Part shown: positions 1-11,689 of the stretch, one piece after another
How positions within the stretch are numbered: position 1 is the first letter of the stretch
Layout: each line of letters begins with the position of its first letter
DNA from: Geosiphon pyriformis uo1
Taxonomy: Eukaryota > Fungi > Glomeromycota
DNA: 64,000 bases
Reading direction: 5' to 3'
NCBI GenBank assembly: GCA_016748015.1
Contig: JAAOMT010000468.1
Coordinates: 62,001 to 126,000, forward strand
Made by a program: the position numbers and the translations under genes
The notes under the pieces: model-generated
The model's database searches: none
What the model saw: the letters and a program-made list of their open reading frames with translations, nothing else
Told to the model about the DNA's origin: nothing

Positions 1-1962
1 GTTTGCTAATAATAAAAAAATAATGGGTCGACTTTTTGAACATAGGTTAATGAATTTGCAAGTTTTGGGCTGGGTATTTTGGAATCCTCTTTAGTTTCCA
101 GTTAAGTTAATGGTCAATCTAATGAACAATTTTCTGGCTGGTGTTACTAAAATTTTTTTGCATAATGAGATTTTCTTGGCCAATAGCTTGTCCAATGCTT
201 TTTGTTTTAAACATAGTTTTCCTGTTTTAGATATTTTGGGTCAGGTACTATACCTCCGAATTTACAGATTACTGAAGTGTTTTGGGATTATTTTTGCAGA
301 TTAATTTTTGAACAGCCATGGAGAATGTTTTAATTAGAAAAATTTTCACCATTGGAAATAATTGGATTCTAAGGATCCAGTTTCCTTTTGGTTCACACTG
401 GTTTCAGATTTTGTCAAGAATAGTGGTCTAATTAAAGGTTCTTTTTTCACTTTTAGACACTCTTCCAATTTGAATGTTTTTAATACAGACAGCATTGGTG
501 TTATTTACTCTAGTCTAAAAAATGCCTTTTTGTCTAAAATTTCGATTTACACTGATGGTTCTATTAAAAACTTTGGTACATCTAGTGCTGCCAGAGAAAC
601 TGCTGCCTATTTTTCTGATCTGGGTTTGCATATAAGAGTAAAGGTTCATGGTTTGTTATTATTTATCTTGGCTAAAATACAGGCTGTTGTATTGGCTCTT
701 GAGTGCATTCTAGCTTTCTCTAAAGTCACAGTTTTTTCTAACAGTCAAGCTTCCTTTGATGCTTGCCAGACTGAGTTGAGATTGGTGGCTCTTAATTTTC
801 ACAACAGATGCTAGATAAAGTGCCATTATATTAGCAATTTAATCAAATATAAAAACATTTTTGTTATTTGGGCAAAAATGAAGAGTCATTCTGGTGTATT
901 GGGTAATAAGCATACTAATAGGTTGGCTGATCTGGCCACCTCATCAGGGCTTGTTCTTTTAGCAAATATCAAGAAAAAATTCTTATTGGCAAATAGTAAG
1001 GCAATTTTTGACAATGCATGTTACTTTGTTAGAATAATAAATAATACTATTAGGTGTTTTCAATGGAAATTTGAATCTGGTTTAAGCATCATAGATTCTT
1101 TGTGAGTTGGCAACATTAATTGGATTTGTATTGTCTTAGTTTGGCACCTTGATTTCTATATGTTCATTAGATATATGAGCAAAGCCACTTCTGGCTTATA
1201 TACATATTTGATAAAGGCTTTGTACAAAAAACTGCCTGTGGTTATCAAGAAGCATTTGTATGATCACAGCTATTCTAGTGTTTTGTGTGTGTGTTGTAAG
1301 AAGGTAAATTTCTCAGATCATAGTTTTGTTTATGGCTTAGACTTTTCAACATGTCAAGGCTTATTGAGCAAGTATTCTTCTTTTTGGAAATTTCTTACTA
1401 GTGCAACCTTGTCATCATCTGTAGTTTTTCAGTCTTTGGCTTTATCTGCTTCTGATATTGAACTTTATATGGTTTTATACAAGAGGTTTATATTCGAGAA
1501 TTAGTTGGTAGAAGCTAAGGCCTCTTTTAAAGATGCTAAGCTTGTGACATGTAATCTAATCAAATTCATTTGAAGTATGATTGTTGGCCATAGAGAGCAA
1601 ATTTGGACACCTAATTTGAAGCTTTGAGCTAAAATAGAGTGTTAAAGATTGATACATGTGGATGGGTTTTTATATGATATCATTCAGGGTTTTTCTACTA
1701 AAATTTCAGATAGTATTGCTCATTTGTTAAGAATTGAAAGAGGTCATGCCACCAATTTTGGCCTGAATGTTGGCTGTCTGTTTTTTGTTGGCACTACTGG
1801 CAAAGTTACAATTAATATAATTGTGTAGTATAGCCTTGATTGGCTAAATAACTGGTCACATATAGCAAACACGTAAATCACATTTAATTTAGAACTTTAG
1901 ATTGTTGTATTGTATTAGATAGTAATTGGGCTTTATTTGTTAAAAAAATAAAAAAATAAAAA
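1..1962 (+). mobile_element. LINE copy 1: 3' part of ORF2 (RNase H, C-terminal CCHC), 3' tail and poly(A); degenerate, runs off the window start
   Basis: IYTDGS...KSHSGVLGN..NRLAD RNase H motifs (ORFs 362-814, 878-1105). CVCC...SDHSF zinc-finger remnant. Conserved tail from about 1826 and A-rich end. Confidence 0.9.
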
Positions 1963-2349
1963 TTTGTTAAAATTAATAATAAATTTGTTAAAATTAGTAA
2001 TAAATTTTGTTTATTATATAGTTAATTAATATAAAAAAAAATTGGCTGTTTAAAGCCAAAACACATGTAAAACTTGAATAAAATGGTTATTTATTAAGAA
2101 TAATAGTGAATATTAAATTATATATTATTTTAATAATAATAATAAATAATTTAATAAAATTTACTGAAATTTTTACAAAACCAAAAATATTAAAATCAAA
2201 AATAATATTAAATTTTTTTTATTAATTATAAAATATAATTAAAAATATAAACTTCTTTCTCTTATTCATTCTAAATTTCCAAAAAAGAGCCAAAGTATTT
2301 TTTGAAAGAAGTTTTTTTTATCATTTAGTCCATTAAATCCAAACCAATT

Positions 2350-4164
2350 TTGCTTGATTACAAGACCACCATTGGCCCTAGTGTTGCCATTCTGACCAAG
2401 TCTATTATGGAGTCTGGTTTCAACATTGGTGTCAAGCCTGCTGAGTCTAGAAAGAAAAGAAGAGGTGGTGCTTTAAAAAATAACATAGAAAATAGGAAAT
2501 TTGCTGCTGCTAAGACACCAAGTGGTCATTCATGGAGTTCTGAGACAGGTGATATCACTGAATCAGATAGTGTGAACATAAAGAAGGAATTTTTGGTTGA
2601 GGAAACTAGCTTTGATTATAGAGAAGGTGATGTTCTCACTGGTGGAAACTTGGAACAAACTCTTAAGAATTCAAAAATTCTGACCAAAAGAGCATTGAGT
2701 AAACCACTAAGAAAGATTGACTTTTTGGGCAATGATGGTGATAACATTCTCTTGGACAAATCTGTGGTTCTCCTCCCCCCTTTTGAAAAACTTAGTCAGT
2801 GTTTTTGTCAAAAAATCTTTCGCTCTGGACATCGATTTGGACAATATTGTTGGGAAATCTGCTCAGGAAAAGCTTATGGTAATCAGAAAGTTATTTTCTA
2901 AAATCAATGGTTTTGGGGGGCCTCTACTCCCTCAAAATTTACTAAGATCATCAAAGTGACATTCACTTCCGAATTGAGTTTGATGCAGGCTTTAAAAAAG
3001 ATAAAAGAAGCAAAGATCTTAGTAAATACTAATCTCAAAAAATCATCTGAATGTTCAATCAGGCTTTGGTGTTAAAGAAAATTCCAATTGGAATGTCAAC
3101 AGAGGCTGTGTGCACTGCACTATTCGAGTTTGGTTTAATTAAGTCGATTAAGATGCAGTTGGTGGAGCTGTGGCAAAAAGCAGTGGTTGAATTTGAACAG
3201 ATTAATCATGCTGATTTGGTCATAGCAAAATGGTCTATCCTGATTGGAAAAGATGCAGTGCATGTTGCTAGATCTGACATGAACAAAGAATCATGGGATG
3301 CATGAAATGTTTACAAAGCCCTTTTGCATACTCTGCCAATGGAAACCAATGCACATGATATTTGGAATTATGTTGCTTTAGTGGGTGAGAAAACTTGTGT
3401 AATTGACTGTTACTTGGTTTCTTATGCCCAGGCCAGATGTGCTACTGTTTGTTTTGATTCTGCTAAATCATTGGATGCTGTCATAAAAACCACACCTGTT
3501 CTAAAAGAGGTCAATCTGTGCTGGTTTTGTCTTGTTTTGGCCAAGTGCACTGGGTGTAAAAAATTGGGCCATACATCATTGGCTTGTCTTATTAATAGAA
3601 AAAAGAATGTTTCTTCTGGTGCTTCATTACAGAAAACTCTCTTAGACTTGGATAAAAGTAGGCTGGCTGCCATATATGCTAAACACTCAGTTTTAGTTGC
3701 TTGTCCTGTTTCTTTCAGTAGTGTCTTATAAGCACAAATTGCTAGTGGGTCTTCTTTTCCTTCTCCTCCTGGTTGGAATATTTTGTTAAAAGCTGGCTCC
3801 TCTTTGAAGATAAAACCTATCTCACTAGTGTTTTTGGAATTGAATGATAGGTTTGCTGCTCTTAAGCATAGTTTTGCCAGTCTTGCAGAGCGTGTTGACA
3901 TGCTGGCTAAGAGGTTGGACACACTTGAACCAATAGTTTTTCAGCTTAGCCCTGGACATCAGCCATTGGTGACCCTTTTATCACAGAATCAAGAGATGAA
4001 TATAGTGATGAGTGAAAGTTTGGGTGTGGTCACTGGTGGTTTTTGATCCTACAGTTATCTTAAAAATGGAAAAAACATTGAACAATCTTTCAGTCACAGT
4101 TATAAGTCTTTTAGCTAAAATGGACAATGCTGGTTCAATTTTTACCTCTCTTCTTTCTCAATGA
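2350..4164 (+). pseudogene. LINE ORF1: RRM-like domains, CCHC knuckle, C-terminal coiled coil
   Basis: LKKIPIG..ALFEFGLIKSIK..AVVEF (RRM-like); CTGCKKLGHTSLAC; LNDRFAALKHSFASLAERVDMLAKRLD. Broken by stops and frameshifts. Confidence 0.85.
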
Positions 4165-7100
4165 GTGATAAAATCTGGAAAGTTGTGACTTGTAATATTA
4201 GAGAAATAAACAATTCTGCAAAACAGGATAATATTATTTGTTGACATAAGGAAAAGAACAATTTAGTTTCTATTTTCATGGAATCAAAGTTAAAAGGAAA
4301 GGTTTGCCTCTAGATTGTTAACAAATTTAATGGTGTGTGAGTGTTTACTTTTGGTTTGAAATCCAGTTATTTGGGTGCTAGTATTGTGGTTGTTATAAAC
4401 TTTTTTTTGGCAAGACATGTGTGCAAAATTTCAGAAGTGCTTAATTGGCTCTTGTTTATCAAATTGCTTTTCAAAAATAGACTCTTAGTGTCAATTCTGG
4501 GGCTTTACGCTGATGTTTCTTCAGTGGCTTAGTTCTTTCAGACTGGTAATATCAACTTTTTGATTGCAAAAGCTGTGAATGAATTTTTTTTTGTGATTTT
4601 GGGTGGTGATTTTAATGAAAACAATGCTCAAAAGTGTGCTAGCTTCAAGAAGTGCTTTGATTTGAATTTAGTTGATTCTCTAAAGAGAAATTTGTTCACA
4701 AAGATGCCTATATGGACCAATTCTTGTGGTGTCGCTAAAGGTTTTGATTATATTCTCATTTCTTCAAGTTTGTTCAATGCTATAATAGATGGTAGTGTGG
4801 CCAGTGTTGATGACTATTTTGATACTGATCACAAAGCTGTTTCCACTTTTGTGGATTTGGGAGGTTTGCTTGATATTCAGTTGAGTTTACTATACAAGCA
4901 GGTGAATAAGAATTATTGGAAGTTTAATGTCAAAAATGTGAATAAAGTGAAATAAAGTGAATTTAGAGATGCTACTGCAGCCAATGCTGCCATATTTTTG
5001 GACGAGTTTGGATCAGCCAGAAGGTTCTCTAATCTGGATGCTATGTAGAACATTGTTCATGAAATAATGATTTTTTCAGCTAATGGAGCTTTCAAAAAGA
5101 AATAGTCTAAGGGTTATAATGGAGTGTTTACCAAAGAGTCTTTCAAGCTACATAACTTGGAGATTTTGGTTTCGAAAATTGTCAAGGCTTCTCACAAGGT
5201 GGACTCTGGCTGGTTTGAGTCTCTTTTAAGACACTAAGTTTCTCTGGATAGTAACAAAGCTTCTGTTGTCTGAAATTCTCTAAGCTCTGGTGTGAGTTTG
5301 GATTATGTATGTTCTGTTCTCTATGATGTGAGAAGGTCTTATTGTGCCTCTAAGCTTGCCGAGTCTTTGTGAGGCAAAGAGTTGGGCATTAGATCAGTTA
5401 TTAAAAAAAAATGAAGAATTTTGTGATTAACAAAGACCACACAATCCATAGTGTTTTGGAACATCCATTCCACAAAGTGATATTAGACTATTTGGTTTCT
5501 AATGGCGATTTGATTTTGAACTCAATGGAAGTTAAGAGCAAGATAGATGGTATAATGGAAGACTGGATAAAAAAGAGGGTCATGCTGAAAAGTGTTCCTG
5601 ATTTGTGACAGCATCAATACCTGCTGTTAGATTATGTCAATAATAATGCTTTTTCTGGTGTGATGAATACTATTAGTTTGGATGACTTGACACGTGTAAT
5701 TAAAAATTTACTAGATGGTAAAGCTGCTGGCTTGTCTTGCATTTTAAATGAGCTTTGGAAACATTGTTGTAGATCTGTGTTAGGCTGGCTTTTAGATCGT
5801 TTAAACATTTGTTTGATATATAAGTCAGTTCTCCATTGTTGAAAGGAAGCTTGGGTGTCAATAATTCTTAAGTCTTATGAATGGGAGGGTGTTCTAACAA
5901 ATACTAGACTGATTGCTTTAATTAAAACTGTTCATAAGATTTTTTCTAAGTTGTTGTTTGACAGGATTTTGTCAATGTACAGTCTATTCAATGTTTTTTG
6001 TGGGAACAATTTTTCTGTGCTTAAGAGCACTACTATTTAGTCTCCTATTTTTGCCATTGGTTTGGTTGTTAAAAATGCTTTAGAGAAAGATTGTAAATTT
6101 TGGCTTGTGCTATAAGACATACATAAAGCCTATAACTTTGTGGGTTGGCATTACTTGCATAATAGTTTGGTTTGGATCAAAATGTGCAGGTGTTTTATTA
6201 GCTTTTTTGGTTTTATTCATAATGATTGTATTAATCAAGTTATAACCAATTTTGGTCTGACTAATGGGTACCGGGTACATGATAGTCTTAACCAAAGTGA
6301 AGTTTTCTCTCCTTTGCTGTAGAGGATCTTTTACGATCCTCTTTTGTGTGAAGTTAAGAGACAGAAAAGTTTGTGTGAATACTGAATTGATACTAAATTT
6401 GTTGCCAAGACAGGTAGAGTAGAAAACCAAGGCAGGTTGACTTTGTTTCTAGCTGCTGGGGCATTTGTTGATAACACTATTTGGGTGGGTAACAGTCAGA
6501 TTGCTACTCAGTATATTTTGGATATAGCAAGTAAATTCTTCATAGTGAATGACATTTTGATTAATAACAAGAAAACTGTAACCATTTTTATCAATTAAAG
6601 AGTTAATAATATGTTATTGTCAATTAGTGGTCTACTAATTTCAATTGCTTACAAGAAGGAGTCTTATCAATACCTTGACATTTATTTATCATCTGAGAAT
6701 TTGTCCAAACTCAGTTTGGTTAAGATGTATGTGGACATCAGATTTTTTATCAATTTGGTTCTAAAGAAAGCTATTTCAGACAAGCAGTTTCTTTATTTAG
6801 TATTAGCTGTATTGCAACCTATTGTCAATTATAAGACTCAGTTCAGCTTTGTTTCTAAGAATGTATGTATGAAGTGGAATATGTTGATTAGGAAGGGGTT
6901 AAGACTTAACGCTGGACTTTCAAGAGACTTTCCCAATAAGACTTTTCACTATCTATCTTTGTATGGCTTGAAATTTTTTGAACAGTTGCAGACTGAGTGC
7001 AAGATGGCTTCTGTGCTGTGTTTTTCAAATGCTGGTGGTATTCTTGGTTGTATGTTTAATCATAGGTCTCTGGATCTTCAGGTTCTGGGTTGGTCATCTA

Positions 7101-8842
7101 TTCACCCTCTATGTCACCTGGTTAAGTTGTGTGTTAGTCCAGTCAATAATTTTTTGGCAGATGTCATTAGGATTTTTTTGAACTATGACATGTTTCTTGA
7201 CAATTTCTCTGTTTCTGCATTTCGTTTTTCTGGTAAGATGTCAATGTCTACAGTCTTGAAAGCTTTTTTGTTTTATGATGTTTTTTTTTCTCTTAAAAGA
7301 TTTGAAGTTGTCTTTGCCAAGCAGTTGTATCTCAAAAAAGATTTAGTTTTTGATTGAAAGAGTTTTCAACATTGGAAGAGACTTGATCCAAGAGGTTCTG
7401 TTTCTTATTAGTTTACTTTGGCTTGTAACTTTTTGGGTCATTCTTCTTTTTTTGATAATTTACATGTTGAAAGTTTGCAGATTATGAATGTTTACAAATC
7501 AAGTGAGGTCTCCAAATTGGGTTAGTGTCTCTTTTCTGCAGATATGAGGGTTATTAGTGTTTACACAGATAGATTGTTAAGGGATTTAGGTTCATGTGAG
7601 ATGAAATGTGGTGCTGCTGCTTACTTCTTTGATCTGGATCTGAGTATTAGTGCTAGGGTTGGTGGATTGGTGTCTTCGACTATGGTGGAATTGCAAGCAA
7701 TTGCTTTGGCTTTGGAGTGTGTTTCTCCTGACAGTTTGGTAGTGGTTTTTTTAGACAGTCAGGCTGTTCTGAATGCTTGTGTGGCTGAATTAGCTTTAGT
7801 GTCTCTGGACTTCTACAACCGCTGCTGGATAGAATGGCATGACATTCTTAATTTAATCAAAGGAAAGCAGCTTGATGTTTTTTGGCGCAAGGTTAAAGAG
7901 CATTCAGGTGTTATAGGTAATGAATGTGTTAACAAATTAGCCAGTCTGGCTGCAGGTTCTCCTTTAGAACTTCCTGTATTGGTTAAAGAGAGATTTATCA
8001 AGACTGGCAGAGTGGCAATGTCTAGAAATGTTTGTCATTTTGCTCATAAAATTTTTAGATCTGTTAATTGTGCTTATTGGGAGGTTGGTTTTGGTTTTAA
8101 TGTTATTGATAACAGTTTATATGGTGATGTGGATTGGTTTCATACTGCTTTAGTGTAGCACCCTGACTCCCATATGGCAACCAGCTTTACCAGTAAATTT
8201 ATGGCTAGTTTGCACTCTTATTTTTTAAAGGCCCTCCACTACTGTCTACTGATTGCTGTAAGAAAGCATTTGTATAGTAAAATTTACCTGAGTGTTTCAT
8301 GTTTACACTATGGTGATGTGGAAAGTTCTGATCACTCTTTTGTTTGTATATTTGACTTTGATGCCCATAAGAGCATTCTTGTGTCTTATCTGGCCAAGTA
8401 ACATTGTGTGTCTGGTTTGGGTTTACCTTTATTTTGCATCTTGCAGGTGCTTTTTTTATGTGTGATTGATAATATGTTATATACCATTATGGGCAAAAAC
8501 TTTTTGTTCAAAGATTGGATTCAGAAAGCTATGTCCATTTTGGGTAATACTAAGACTGTAGAAAAGTTTATTGTTAATTTTGTTCGGAAATTGGGTGCTG
8601 CACACCATATGGACATTTGGTTAGTTAAAGCTAAATATAGAGCTTTAATAAAAAAAGACAGTTTAATTTTGCTTGATGGTTCTGTGTATTTAGTGACTTG
8701 TGGTTTGTCATGTGTGTTTTCAGCTGAGGTGATTAGGTTGCTTGAGATTGCTAAGACACTTGGTGTCTGTTTTGGTTTTCGTAAACATTGTTGTTTTTTC
8801 TCTGGTGTAGATAGTTTGGTTTCTGTTCTAATAGATTCATAG
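4161..8842 (+). pseudogene. LINE ORF2: APE endonuclease, RT, RNase H, CCHC
   Basis: APE: TCNIR, GDFN, DYIL, TDHKAV. RT: DIHKAYNFV, LNQSEVFSPLL, AFVDNTIW. RNase H: VYTDR..KVKEHSGVIGNE. C-terminal CLHY..SDHSFVC. Confidence 0.9.
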
Positions 8843-9106
8843 TATTGTTCTGATCAGTCCAAGTGGCTGGTTATGTATAGAAAGTACATAATTTGTGCCT
8901 AGTTTAGATCACTTAGTTTGATGTATTGTGCTGGGTGGCATTTGGGCTTCACTCATTAAAAGTAATAAAAAAATATATATATATAATTTGATTATTATTT
9001 ATTATAATACAATTATAAAAAATTTTAAAATTAAGTATAGTTTATGTTTTTTTTATATATAATTATTATTCAAACTAATTAAAACTATATTTTATATATA
9101 TATATA

Positions 9107-9223
9107 TTTTTTTATTATAAGTTTTATGAGTGTAGCCCAACTACTACCTAAGTACATAGAATCAAAAACAAAATTTAAATTAAGCATGGCTTATGTCTTT
9201 TCTACATATAACTAGCCACTTGG
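9107..9223 (-). mobile_element. LINE 3'-tail-only insertion
   Basis: Poly(T) followed by the reverse complement of the conserved LINE tail. No coding sequence attached. Confidence 0.75.
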
Positions 9224-9228
9224 TTATA

Positions 9229-11520
9229 TTTTTTTTTTTATTATAAGTTTAATGAGTAAGACCCAACTATTATCTAAAAATTAGGACCAAACTAAGTAAT
9301 CTAGGGCTAAATATGGTTCACATGCTTACTATATGTAACCAGCTACTCGAACCAGTTCAGGCTATACTACATTGATGCACCAGAAAAAAACTTACCCAAA
9401 AAAGACATATTTTGAACAATCTCAAATAATGTAGCACTATTATTAACCAATTCAACAAATCACTCAGCTGTCTTAAAGGCATCACTCTTTATAATAGCAA
9501 ATTCATGTTCCTAAAGAAACATCAAATTAGAAAACATATTATCATCAAAAGATGACAAGCTTACATGAGGGCCAGACATATCAATGTCCTCAAAACCACA
9601 CTTAGTTTTCAGAACAACCACTTCTCACTCCAACTTATCAACAGCCCTACTAAAAGTACTCATGTGAACTAAAACCTTATTGACTCTAAGACCAAAAGCA
9701 GAACTTAAAACCAGATTACTATTAACAAATTGTTTAAAAACTTTGATCATAGAGCCAATAAGCTTGACAATAGATTCAACCAAAACAGAAAGCTTGGCCA
9801 AATCAAATTTCAGAGACACCAGTTGAGAAAACACCAAAGAATCTTTAACAGCAACAGGAGAAATAGAAACTACCAAAGGAGGAAACTCAGAGAGAACAGG
9901 AGAAACAGATGCCTTTGCATAAGACAAAGAACTAATAAAATGCAGTTTAAACATCTTGGGAGCCTTAAAAAGAGAAAGTGGAGCAATCTTACAGTCCATG
10001 ACCAAGTGGTCAATCTCTTGATACCAAAAACAGCACCAACAACCAGGAGTTTCTCACCAGATATAGCACTTTCTTAGTGTATCAGTTTTAACAACAGCAA
10101 GGTCCAAATCAGCTTGAGAGCCAAACGTAACCAGAGCAAAGCAAAAATAATGACCAGAATTAGGAGACCAAGGAATAAAACAAGACCAACCACCAACTTA
10201 AGAAACCATATCACTGATTTCAAAGACAGTGCAGCCAGAAGAAAAGTTGACCAACTTGGCCTTAAATCTATTATGAGACACAATTGTTTTTTGTTGATTT
10301 ACAAAAGAAAGAATCTAAACACTATTCTTGTCTACCAAAACTGACCAGTGATCAAAAGCAGATGTGGCAACAACCAAATTCTTAAAATGGACCACAATAT
10401 ACTGCCAAATGCCAGCAGGCTTCAGCACAACATGAGTAATCACACCAAAAACACTGAGAGCTGTCTTAATGTTAACAGCAGACACACTCAAAAGCATATC
10501 ATGCAACGCAAAAGAGCCAGATTCAGAAACCACCAAGGATTTGGCAATTTTAAGTGTGGCCAAACATACAGAGCTTGTAAGCTCAACCAAAAATGCAGCT
10601 TTTAAAGACACTTAAGAAGCAAACTTTACACAAAACAGCTTCATATTGTCTTTTGATACTGACTTTGCACCCAAAAAACCATGTACTAACTGAAAAACAG
10701 CCTTAATATGAGCCAATTTGATCTTAAAAGTAGCATCAGGCATTAAAGTGAAGGCCATCCACTCAGCAAATCTTTAACAACTAGTAATAGTTTTCCAAGC
10801 ACCACCAGAAGTAGCACCAGAAACTAGAGGAGAAGATAATTCAGTTTCTATTTGATCAGTCCAGTTCTCAAGAACAGGTAACCCAACAGAAGAAGATTGT
10901 TTTGCTTCTAAAACCAATGATTATTTACTAAAAGACACCACATTTGGCAACACAGCCAGTGGTTCATTTAGGTCTATCTTGGATAACATACTGGATAATG
11001 CTATAGAGATTTTATCTAAGATCTCATTGGGAACCACAAAGGGGCTTGGTGTAACAATAACAGAGGCAAGTAACTGTTCCCATTTTTCTAAACTTTTGGT
11101 CTTTTTGACTATTTTCTTTGAAGAGAAGATGCTAGCAGCACCAGATATAGAAGCTATGGAAAAGAAGACCAGTTTGTTAACTGGTCTATTATTAAAAATT
11201 TTTGGGCTCTTAATAAAGGTAGAGACAACACTGAGACTAATCCAAGTGTGTTTCTTTGAGAGAACTTTAACTGGTGAGAAACCAGCCAAAGATGAGAAAG
11301 TTGCTTTAGTGGCCACCAAAGACAGCTTATCATAATTACTGAGTAAAGACAAGGCTTCTAAAATGTTCTGTCTAGTTGCTTCTACAACAGAGAGAGCTCT
11401 TCTGGTTGAAATTTTATTAGATATCTTAGGACAGATATTAGGTGCAGCTTTTTTACTTTTTGCTCTGGTCATAGTCATAAAATTAAGGAGACAAAGAGTT
11501 TTTTTGTGTTTTTGTTATAT
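9229..11520 (-). mobile_element. ORF1-only non-autonomous retroelement (HAL1-like) with LINE 3' tail
   Basis: Broken ORF1-like reading from 11478 (RRM-like IKTALSVFGVITHVV; degenerate knuckle CFWYQEIDHLVMDC). It runs directly into the LINE tail and poly(A) at about 9370-9229. No APE or RT. Confidence 0.8.
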
Positions 11521-11689
11521 TTATACTAATATTTTTAATATTAATAATTTAAATAATATGAATAAATTTGGCTTAAAAATATTAAAAAAGCTATTATTAT
11601 CAACAAATAAAATAATTTAAGATAATTATAAACAATTTTATACTTTTTTAAAACATAATTTATTTATAATATTAAAATTTAATCATGCT

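Larger units (their letters stand above)
2249..8972 (+). mobile_element. LINE copy 2, full length but degenerate
   Basis: 5' end AAACTTCTTTCT is shared with copy 5. ORF1 and ORF2 are both present, followed by the conserved 3' tail and an A-rich end. Confidence 0.92.

Noticed and set aside
9730-11620. Plus-strand ORFs here and similar antisense ORFs throughout the window
   Set aside because: They are shadows of TE coding sequence on the opposite strand, with no independent motifs.
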